DNA of 64,000 nucleotides from the NCBI RefSeq assembly GCF_009914755.1, contig NC_060932.1, one strand, 5' to 3'. Made by a program: the position numbers and the translations under genes. This DNA is from the human T2T-CHM13v2.0 reference genome, Homo sapiens. This document shows positions 43,000-54,380 of this stretch, in pieces. Position 1 is the stretch's first letter, and each line of letters starts with the position of its first letter. Below the pieces are notes generated by a model that worked only from the letters and a program-made list of their open reading frames with translations, made no database searches and was not told where the DNA came from.

Positions 43000-43570
43000 C
43001 TGTGTGTGTGTTTTATAGCCAGCCATTAATAATTCATGGAGCAGCTAAATGACGAGAGTTGGAGCCCCCAGCTCCGGCACCTGCGCCCTGTCACAGACCC
43101 CTCTGCGGGACTGCCAGTCCTTCTCTCTCCGCCTGGAACCAGAGGCGCCTGCCTGCCGCGTCATGCAGCGCCTGACATGCTCGTGACAAAGGCTGACATT
43201 CCCTTGACAAAGGCTGGCATCCCGTCTCAGGTTTTTCCTTCAACCCACCCAAAATCAAACGAGCTACAATGTGGCGATTGACCCCCCCTCCCACTGTGCT
43301 CTCAGGACCCTGCCCTCAGATGACTGGGCCAGCTGGGCGGGCCTCTGGGACACAGGCCTGAGTTCTGATTGGCCCTGACCCGCCCACGGCAACCTATCAG
43401 CTGCGAGGCTTTACGTCTTCCCCTGGGACCAGCTTTTAGTGACATCCCAGGTGCTGCGTGAAGCCTCTGGGCAGGCTGCAAAGGGGAATGACGAATGTAT
43501 ATTATTTCCTCCCGCCTGCCCCCCGCCCGACCCTTGACACAGTTTGTTCCAGCAAATTTCCGGGCGGAGT
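43000..43570. promoter_or_regulatory. Candidate promoter/enhancer: repeat-free, CpG-retaining segment with GC boxes, CCAAT box and CRE-like site
   Basis: GGGCGG/CCGCCC at 43335, 43380, 43523 and 43562; CTGATTGG at 43365; TTACGTC at 43411. Motif inspection only. Confidence 0.5.
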
Positions 43571-45212
43571 TTTCCATTCCTTGGGTGAAGGGAGGTAGGG
43601 AACATCTGTCCCTGCTCCATCCACTTCTCTCTCAAATTGGCACTGGCTTTCATAGGGATGGCCATGCAGTCCCCCCGGGGGACGGGACAGAGATCTGGAC
43701 TCTGGGGAGGGGAAATGCCGGCAGCCCCAAGGAAGCCTCTCTTCCAGACCACACCCACCCCGAAGTGGGACTCGGAATGTCAGTGCAGCCACCAGTAACA
43801 CCAAGGCCACAGGCAGGAGTGGGAAACAGATCCATTCCTGCAGATGTCGTAAGAGACCAGGAAAGATGGCTGACATCACGCAGCAGACCACAGAGCTTCG
43901 TACATTCATTTTGTAGTACCACTGTTCTTTCTCCGTTTGCCTCCCTGTTCATTTGGTGTTCTTTTGTTTCATTCAACAGACATTTGTGGGACGCCTACCT
44001 TATGACAGGCACTGTGCCCAATACTAGGGATACAGCAGTGAGCAAATAAACTCCTTGCCCACTTAGAAAGTACGTTCCAGTGGGTGGGGGCAATTATGCA
44101 ATTATGCTATAGAGAGAGAGAGAGAGAGAAAGAGAGAGGTTAAAGGCGGAGGTAGATGCAGATAGAGATACTACTCAACATTATGCGATGGGAAAATACA
44201 TCGGGCAGGAGGAATGGGGAGAATTAGGGGGAGGGTGTTGCTGTTTAGCTGCAGGTGATCAGGCGGCCTAGTTAACCAGGCCTGGGTCAGGAAGAGCAGG
44301 CACTATGACTGGCAGGTGAGGAAGGGCTCCAAGGAACAGTGGGAGCTGGGAGGCTGGAGGGAGGAGGGCCCAGGAGACAGGTCAGAGAGGTCCCGGGCCA
44401 GGTGAGGCAGGGATGCTGGACACAGTAGGGACTTTGTGCCCCTGATGGAGAGGGGGAGAGGGTCTTGAGCAGAGAAGCCACCTGACCTGATCAGGCTTGC
44501 TTTCCCAGGACCCCCCTGGCTGCTGGGTTGTGGATGACTGTAAGGGATAAAGGCAGAAACAAGGAAGCCAGCCAGGGGCTAACAGAATCCTCCAAGCGAT
44601 GACGGTGCTCAGAGCTGGCTGATAGTTCGGAAGGTGTGAAGGGCGGCCTCCGGATGCTGCTCCAGGTGTGGATGTGTGTTTGCCAAGGGACCGGATGTGG
44701 GGTGAATAGAGGCTCCCTCTTCAACAGGCTTCTGCCCTTCCTCTCAATAGAATCCATGTCCACATTCTGGAAGAACGGGGCTGCCTGCTGCCCCACCACG
44801 CACTCCCACTGTGGAGAGTAAGGAAATCCCTGGGCCCTCATGCACCGGACAGGCTCTGACATGGGTGAGATGTTACTTCTACTATTCTCGAAGGGTTATG
44901 TATAGAAGACAGAGAAGCTTTACTGAGCCCCCATGTACAGCATGAGGCCAAGCCCTTAGCACGCACACCCCATGTGAGTCCTCAGCATCAACCTGTGAGC
45001 TGGAGCTCCCCAGCCCCACTTGACAGATGGGGGTGCACAGACATCCTAGACAGCTATGGTGGCTGTCGACAGCCCTGCAGAGTCCTTGTCCCCAGGAACT
45101 GCCAGGGGTGAAATCACGCCCCATACCTGGGCCACCTGACTCCAAACCACTTCCTTTTTCCCTTAAGAAATGTCTGGTTTCTCTCTCTTGGTCCATAGAA
45201 AGGCAACACCAT

Positions 45213-45549
<337 letters not shown>

Positions 45550-46389
45550 CTAGCCTGCAAACCTCTGGGCTCAACTTCTTTCCTGACTTCAAGACAGACT
45601 CCTCTGTGGTTTCTTCCTCATTTCCTCTTTCCTCCTCTCTGGGTTTTAAGTCTCAGAAAATGAACTATTTCATGAAAAAGAGCTGCATAGAAAAATCATA
45701 TAGATAATGGAAACCCATTCTATAAAATACGTTTATAATTATATGAATAAATTGAAAATAAATCCACCAAAAATGTCAACAGTAGAATTTTCTAGAAGTA
45801 TTGTTCTTTCCTGTATATTGCAAATTACCTACAATTCACAGGAGCCATTATTGCCTGAGGTTTACAAACATGGACTCCGGATTGGACAGCCTGGAATCAC
45901 CTCTGGCCCATGATCTGTGCTGATCTGTGGCCACTCCTTGGCCTCTCTGGGCCTCTCTCTCCTGTTCTATGAAGTAGGGATTCTATGAATATAAAGTCAA
46001 GCCTCCCTCCTAGGGCTGCAACCAGGACACAAGGAGGAAGCCCAGGTGAGCATGTATCACACTCCGGCACATAGCAGAGCCGAATGAATGACAGTTCTCA
46101 CAGTGAGCCAGTGTTGCTCTTAAAAATCACGGGGTACGGAGCATTTTTAGAGGAATAATTTAAAAATAATTCAAAAGCCAGGGTTGAGAGGAGGAGAATT
46201 AAACTTTGTTCTAACCTTCAAAGCATGTGATTTGGAGGCTTCTGCATTTGGAACATTTCAAAGCTTCCTGGAATCTATCTTCATTTGGTACCCAAGCACT
46301 GGGGAAAGATGATAAACAGCCCTGCAGGAAGAGAGGCAATTAGTAAGCCATGGCTGGGGGCTGCCCGGGAGGCTGCGGTGCTCTTGCTC

Positions 46390-47752
46390 CCGTGTGTGCG
46401 TGCGGTTGTGTCTGTGGGAGTGTGCGGGCCATGTGTGTGCTGTGTGACACGTGTTTGAGCGTTTATTTGTATGTGTGATATACTGTGTAGTATATATGTG
46501 AGGTGTATTACTGTAGTATGTGTGTATGTATGGAATGTGTTTTGTGTGTGGTGTTTGTGGGGACTGCAGTGTTTTGTGGTATGTGTGTAATATGCGGGGG
46601 CTTTTGTATGTGTGGTATTTTGTGTGCTATGTGTGCCGTTTCTGGTACAGGTCTATGTGTAGAGTGTGTTTTCTATGTGGCGTTTGTAGTGTGTGTGATA
46701 TTCAAGAAGGTGAGGGTGTTTTACGGTGGGTCTGTGTGTGGTGTTTCTGGTGTGTTTGTGTGTGCGGTGTGGGAGGGTGGGGTGTATATGAATGGCGTGT
46801 GTGGTGTGTAATGTGGTGAATGTGGGAGTTGTATGTGTGACGTATTGTATGTGGTGTGTATGTGGTGTCTGGTTTGTATGGAATGTGTTTCATGTGTGGT
46901 ATATAGTGTTTCTAACATGTGGTATGTGTAGTGTGTGCAGTGTGGTGTGCGTGTGGAGTTGTATATGTATTGTGTGTGGTGTTCATGTGTTGTATATGTA
47001 ATGTATTGTGTGTGGTGTGCGTGTGTTGTATGTGTGATGTGTGTGGTGTGTATGTGGTGTCTGTGGTTTGTATGTACAGAATGTGTTTCATGTGTGGTGT
47101 ATGGTGTTTCTGACATATGGTATGTGTAGTGTGTGCGGTGTGGTGTGCATGTGGAGTTGTATATGTAATGTATTGTGTGTGGTGTGTGTGTGGAGTTGCA
47201 TATGTATTGTGTGTAGTGTGCGTGTGGTGTCTGTGGTATATGTGAATGTGTAGAATGTGTTTCATGTGTGGTGTGTGGTATTTCACGATGTGTGGTATTT
47301 GTGGTATGTGTGGTGTGGTGTGTGTGTGGAGTTGCATGTGTGATGTGTGTGGTGTTCGTAGTATGTATGTATGGAATGTGTTTTGTGTGTGTGGTGTATG
47401 GTGTTTCTGACGTGTGGTATGTGTGGTGTGTGGAATGTGTTTTGTGTATGTGGAATATGGTGTGTGATGTTTATGATGTGTGGTATGTGTGGTGTGTGCA
47501 GTATAGTATGTGTAGGGAGTTACATGTGTGACATATTGTGTGTGGTGTTTATAGTATATGTATAGTATGGGATGTGTTTTGTGTGTGTGGTATATGGTGT
47601 TTCTGACATGTATGTGTGGCGTGTGTGGTGTGGTGTGTGTGTGGAGTTGTATGTGTGATACATTGTGTGTGGTGTTCATAGTACCTGTGTATGTATGGAA
47701 TGTGTTTCGTGTGTGTGGTATATGGTGTTTCTGACGTGTGTGTGTGGTGTGT
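46390..47752 (+). repeat. 1.4-kb TG-rich low-complexity tract with degenerate higher-order repeats
   Basis: Recurring blocks ggaatgtgttt...tggtgtttctgac...gtggagttgtat. Confidence 0.95.
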
Positions 47753-49077
47753 GGGATAAGGACATGGGTTTCCAGCACTGGCCTAGGTGGCAGTGGTGGC
47801 GCACACATCTGGTTCCCCTCCCTCATTCACCTGCATGCTGCGCCACGTGTGGGCTGGGCACTGGTGAGCCAGATGGATGACAGGCACGGGGGTCAGATCA
47901 AAGCCACCTGGTGACTCAGCCAGGTCTGCAGTGGCTGCCCTGGGGACCCCTCGGGCTGCCTCTGAGGGACGATGGCCGACTAGATGGCCTGCATTGACTG
48001 TCCAAAGGCCAGGCTGAGCTGGGTGGGCCATGACTGCCTTGTCCACAGAGTGGATCCCCACAGCATCCACTTATCAGCCACTGATCATTGCTCAGCAGGT
48101 CTTTCCACTGCATGCTCATCTGCCCACCTCCACCCCCACTGCTCATCTGAATCACCAGCTTGCGCAGACTGGCTGATTCTTCCATCCTACACCAGAGAGG
48201 TCCAGGGGCCTGGCTTGGGCTCATTCTGGTCCTCGGTGCTGGCACATGGGAAGTGGTGGGGAAGAGCACGGAACCTGGACCCAGCTGCCCGGCAACGTGT
48301 CAGCACAGCTGTATGACGCGGCATGTGCTTAGGTGACTTTCCTCCACTGGGGACAGGTTTTATGAGGTCTAGATGAGACTATGCACATCAAGTGCTTAGA
48401 AACATGCCTGGCACATGGAGAACAGTCAACAGATATTAGCCTAGGAGACAACAACCAAAACACAAAGGTGTTGAGTAAAGGGATGCCAAGCACCCCTTCC
48501 TCTGGCTCCCCAGCTGGTCATTTGGGGCTCCCCAATCTGGCATGGCTTCTAAACCCCATATCTGAGCATTGATCACTCTTGTGGCAGCTCTTACCCAGCT
48601 GCAGGGGGACCCAGATAATCATGGAATGAGTGCCTCCTGCCTTCCTCCAGGTGGACCACAGGACCAGGGAGGGACTGAAGCCAAGGCAGGAGGCAAGCAC
48701 TTTGGGGCTCTGCGACAAGAGCTGGCACCGAGGGCAGATGCAGATTCAAGACCAGACAAAGGATCCTGACAGTCTCCCAGCCCCAACCCAGCAGGCTGTG
48801 TCACACTCACAGGGCATGGGAGGGCTGTGAGAAGGCAGTGCGCTGACAGTGGAAAGCTGTGTGGCCCCATGGATGGGAATGGAAGAGCGGTCAGCTCCTG
48901 CCCTATTGGGGATGGCAGAGGGAATCACCGCAGGAAGTCAGGGCAGGCAGGCAGAACCCAACAGACTCCCTGAGTTGAAGAGGCAGAGGTGAGAGTACAG
49001 GAGAGTTTGCAGGACACAGTACCAGGGAAGAGGAGGCTGCACAAAGGCAGAAGCCCAAAGATCTGCAGAGAGTCCCT

Positions 49078-49608
49078 GTGGGATGCCAAGGAATGGTCTC
49101 CAAAGATGGCTACATCCTCATCCTCAAAACCTGGGAACAGGTTACTTTCCATAACAAAAGGGAATTAAAGTTGCAGAGGGAATTAAGGTTGCTTGTCATA
49201 TGCCCTTAAAATAGGGGGATGATCCTGGATTATCTGACCCCAGTTGGGTCAGAGAGGTGAGAGGAAGGAGAGGTTCGAAGTGTGAGAGGTGCTCAGCCAC
49301 CATGGCTGGCTTGGAGATAGAGGAAGGGACATGAGGAGGAATACAGGCGGCCTTGGGAGGCCTGCCATGTACAGCAAGCCAGGACATGGGGATCTCACAG
49401 GTCACTGAATTCTGCTAAGAACCCGAGTGAGCAGGACATGGATTTCCACCAGAGCCTCCAGAAGGTAACAGAGCCTGCAGACATCTTGATCTCAGCCCAG
49501 TGAGACCTCATCAGACTTCTGGCCTAGGGAACTGCAGGATAATAATTTTGTGTTGTATTCATTACTAAGTGTGTGATAGTTTGTGATGGCAGCAATACAA
49601 AATTAATA
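49078..49608 (+). mobile_element. MLT1D-like MaLR LTR
   Basis: aaaagggaattaaagttgcagagggaattaaggttgct...agagcctccagaagg...tttgtgatggcagcaatac. Confidence 0.8.
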
Positions 49609-49611
49609 AAA

Positions 49612-52600
49612 TCCCCTGGAGTTCTCATCCTGCAGAGTATTGAAAAGCACATGCACACACAACTCAGAGTTCTTGCCCTGCAGCGTATCGATCGATGAGC
49701 ACATCCACACGATGCCCTGGAGTATCAATAAGCACATGCACACAAAGCCCTGGAGTACCCACCCTGCAGAGTATCGATGAGCACATGCACACAACGTCCT
49801 GGAGTACTCGCCCTGCAGTGTATTGATGAGCACATGCACAGGACGCCCTGGAGTACTCGCCCTGCAGCGTATTGATGAGCACATGCACATAACGCCCTGG
49901 AGAACTCGCCCTGCAGTGTATCCATGAGCACATGCACACAACGCGCTGGAGTACTCTCCCTGCAGAGTATCGATCAGCACATGCACACGACGCCCTGGAG
50001 TACTCGCCCTGCAGCGTATCGATCAGCACATGCACACGACGCCCTGGAGTACTCTCCCTGCAGCGTATCGATGAGCACATGCACACGACGCCCTGGAGTA
50101 CTCGCCCTGCAGTACTTGCCGTGCAGAGTATCGATGAGCACATGCACACAACACCCTGGAGTACTCACCCTGCGGAGTATCAACAAGCACATGCACACGA
50201 CGCCCTGGAGTACTCGCCCTGCGACGTATCGATGAGCACATGCACATGACGCCCTGGAGTACTCTCCCTGCAGCGTATCGATGAGCACATGCACACGACG
50301 CCCTGGAGTACTCGCCCTGCAGTACTTGCCATGCAGAGTATCGATGAGCACATGCACACAACACCCTGGAGTACTCACCCTGCGGAGTATCAACGAGCAC
50401 ATGCACACGACGCCGTGGAATACTCGCCCTGCAGCGTATCAATCAGCACATGCACACGACGCCCTGGAGTACTCGCCCTGCAGCGTATCAATGAGCACAT
50501 GCACACGACGCCCTGGAGTACTCTCTCCCTGCAGTGTATCGATGAGCACATGCACACGACGCCCTGGAGTACTCTCCCTGCAGCGTATCGATAAGCACAT
50601 GCACACAACGCCCTGGAGTACTCGCCCTGCAGTACTTGCCGTGCAGAGTATCGATGAGCACATGCACACAACACCCTGGAGTACTCACCCTGTGGAGTAT
50701 CGACGAGCACATGCACACGACGCCCTGGAGTACTCGCCCTGTGGCGTATCGACGAGCACATGAACACGACGCCCTGGAGTACTCGCCCTGTGGCGTATCG
50801 ACGAGCACATGCACACGACGCCCTGGAGTACTCGCCCTGCAGTGTATTGACGAGCACATGCACACAACGCCCTGGAGTATTCGCTCTGCAGTACTTGCCC
50901 TGCAGAGTATTGATGAGCACATGCACACAACACCCTGGAGTACTCACCCTGCGGAGTATTGATGAGCACATGCACACAACGCCCTGGAGAACTCTCCCTG
51001 CAGCGTATCGATGAGCACATGCACACGACACCCTGGAGTACCCGCCCTGCAGCGTATCGATCAGCACATGCACACGACGCCCTGGAGTACTCTCCCTGCA
51101 GCGTATCGATGAGCACATGCACACGACGCCCTGGAGTACTCGCCCTGCAGCGTATCGACGAGCACATGCACACGACGCCCTGGAGTACTCGCCCTGAAGC
51201 ATATTGACGAGCACATGCACACGACGCCCTGGAGTACTCGCCCTGCAGTACTTGCCCTGCAGAGTATCAATGAGCACATGCACACAGCACCCTGGAGTAC
51301 TCACCCTGTGGAGTATCGATGAGCACATGCACACAACACCCTGGAGTACTCGCCCTGCAGAATATCGATGAGCACATGCACACAACGCCCTGGAGTACTC
51401 GCCCTGCAGCGTATCGATGAGCACATGCACACAACACCCTGGAGTACTCGCCCTGCAGAATATCGATGAGCACATGCACACAACGCCCTGGAGTACTCGC
51501 CCTGCAGCGTATCGATGAGCACATGCACACGACGCCCTGGAGAACTCACCCTGCAGTGTATCCATGAGCACATGCACACAACGCACTGGAGTACTCTCCC
51601 TGCAGCGTATCGATCAGCACATGCACATGACGCCCTGGAGTACTCGCCCTGCAGTGTATCGATCAGCACATGCACACGACGCCCTGGAGTACCCGCCCTG
51701 CAGCGTATCGATCAGCACATGCACACGACGCCGTGGAGTACTCTCCCTGCAGCGTATCAACGAGCACACGCACACGACGCCCTGGAGTACTCGCCCTGCA
51801 GCTTATCGACGAGCACATGCACACGACGCCCTGGAGTACTCGCCCTGCAGTACTTGCCCTGCAGAGTATCGATGAGCACATGCACACAACACCCTGGAGT
51901 ACTCCCCTGTGGAGTATCGATGAGCACATGCACACAACGCCCTGGAGTACTCGCCCTGCAGCGTATTGACGAGCACATGCACACGACGCCCTGGAGTACT
52001 CGCCCTGCAGTACTTGCCCTGCAGAGTATCGATGAGCACATGCACACAACACCCTGGAGTACTCGCCCTGCAGAGTATTGACGAGCACATGCACACGACG
52101 CCCTGGAGTACTCGCCCTGCAGTACTTGCCCTGCAGAGTATCGATGAGCACATGCACACAACACCCTGGAGTACTCGCCCTGCAGAGTATTGATGAGCAC
52201 ATGCACACGACGCCCTGGAGTACTCGCCCTGCAGCGTATCGATGAGCACATGCACAGGACACCCTGGAGTACTCGCCCTGCAGTGTATCGATGAGCACAT
52301 GCACACGACGCCCTGGAGTACTCGCCCTGCAGTGTATCCATGAGCACATGCACACGACGCGCTGGAGTACTCTCCCTGCAGCGTATCGATCAGCACATGC
52401 ACACGACGCCCTGGAGTACCTGCCCTGCAGCGTATCGATGAGCACATGCACACGAAGCCCTGGAGTACCAGCCCTGCAGCGTATCGATGAGCACATGCAC
52501 GCGATGCCCTGGAGTACTCGCCCTGCAGCGTATCGATGAGCACATGCACGCGACGCCCTGGAGTACTCGCCCTGCAGCGTATCAATGAGCACATGCACAC

Positions 52601-53092
52601 GACGCCCTGGAGTACTCTCTCCCTGCAGCGTATCGATGAGCACATGCACACGACGCCCTGGAGTACTCACCCTGCGGAGTATCGATGAGCACGTGCACAC
52701 AACACCCTGGAGTACTCGCCCTGCAGTGTATTGATCAGTACATACACACAACACCCTGGAGTACTCACCCTGCAGAGTATCGACGAGCACATGCACACAA
52801 CACCCTGGAGTACTTGGTCTGCAGAGTATCAATGAGGACATGCAGGTAACACCCTGGAGTACTTGCCCTGCAGAATATCAATGAGGACATGCACACAACA
52901 CCCTGGGGTACTCACCATGTGCAGTATTTATCAGCACATGCACACAACACCCTGGAGTACTTGGCCTGCAGTGTATCGATGAGCACATGCACACAACAGC
53001 CTGGAGTACTCGCCCTGTGGAGTACTGATCAGCATATGCACACAACCCCTTGGAGTACTTGTCCTGCAGCATACCAATGGCCACATGCACAT
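49612..53092 (+). repeat. CpG-rich VNTR: 49-bp unit GCACATGCACACGACGCCCTGGAGTACTCGCCCTGCAGCGTATCGATGA with 63-bp variants, roughly 65-70 units
   Basis: Read directly. The 63-bp variants carry a 14-bp internal duplication (AGTACTTGCCCTGC). Edge units are degenerate. Confidence 0.98.
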
Positions 53093-53869
53093 GGGAAAGG
53101 GAGGGAAAGAACCATCTGAAAGGATGAAAGGACACAGTGCCTGATGACAGCATAGGACCCCACCTCGCTCACTGACTCTGGGTGCAGAAGAAAGCAGAGA
53201 CCAGTTTCCTGACCTGGCTTTGCTACTACCTCATCGGTGGCCCTGGGCAAGACACCACACCCCGGTCTCCATTTCCTCATGTGAGAAGCATGGGCTTGGT
53301 CTGGGAGACTTCCAAAGCCTGTTTCCCTCTGCAGGTCATCGACATAGAGTGGCAGTCTATTCCTGGATTGGGTTTGATGCCACTGTTTCCTGTGGTGGAG
53401 AAATGAACTCTGCATGCACAGAGCTGCCTGGATTCACTGCATCAGTCCTCAAAAATGGTCACTGGTCCTAAGGCTCTGCTGCTGAATGGACATGACACAA
53501 AATGGTGACTCAGTGCCCGGTGGCCACTTCCCTCCACAGGCAAGGCCCTGCCTTGAGGAGATATCTCATCATTTATAGGAGTTAAAATAAAAAGAAATGA
53601 CCCAATGTATATCCAGCAATAGGGGAGGAGTTAAGTAAACTCCAAGGAGTCTGTGGAAGAGCATGCAATGGTTTAAAAAGAATGTGCCCTGCAGCAAGCT
53701 CTCCATTCTCCAACATATATGGATCTCGAAAAGCAGGTTGCCGAGCAACAATGAGTGACAATGTTGATGCTTGAGAAAGATACAAAGATTATGTGTATTT
53801 ATTTTTAATATATGTATATATAAAACATGTAGGCATAAAAATGCATTGAAAAGAGGTCCATTTCCCACA

Positions 53870-54380
53870 GAGCTGCCAAGCATTCCTTTCAAAACGTAAG
53901 TCAGCTCATGCCACTCCTCACTCCCAACCCTGCACAGGCTCCCAGCTCACTGGGAACCAAACACACAGTCTCTGATCCTCTCTCTCCAGCTACTCTCCAC
54001 CTGACTGTGCTGCCCACTGTCCCTCCCTCCGTGTGTGCAGCCACCTGCCTCCCAGTGCCCCATGAGCAGACTGTGCCTGTCCCTGCCTTGGCGCCTGTAC
54101 CTGGTGGCCCCTGGCCAGGTGTCTGCCCACGCCCTCACTCCAGGCAGCCGTGGCTGACCATTCCATCTGAAATAACACTTCTTCCCCAGCAGCTTCTCTC
54201 TCTCACCTTGCTTTTCAATAGAGCACAAATCATCATTTAACGAATTTTAATCTCATCTTCATGCTTGCTTTTAGTTTCAGTCTATAAACCCTTTGAGTTT
54301 TATAAAATGTCATATCCCTAGGACACAGAGTAATGGCAGCACAGAGTAGGTCCTCCATAAATATTTATTAAATGAATAAA
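53870..54380 (+). mobile_element. L2 LINE 3' fragment
   Basis: ctttcaaaacgtaagtcagctcatgccactcc... ending gcacagagtaggtcctccataaatatttattaaatgaataaat. Confidence 0.7.

Noticed and set aside
43495-44049. 184-aa ORF next to the promoter-like element
   Set aside because: Runs into an L2 fragment and has no domain similarity that I can recognise.
46503-47880. Cys/Val-rich and His/Thr-rich ORFs
   Set aside because: They are translations of the TG/CA low-complexity tract.
49612-53092. CRISPR-like appearance of regularly spaced, partly palindromic repeats
   Set aside because: The units are head-to-tail with no unique spacers, there are no cas genes, and the context is human.
49603-53153. Long Cys/His-rich ORFs (up to 398 aa) on both strands
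   Set aside because: They are read-through of the 49-bp VNTR cycling through frames. There is no domain, splice or codon evidence.
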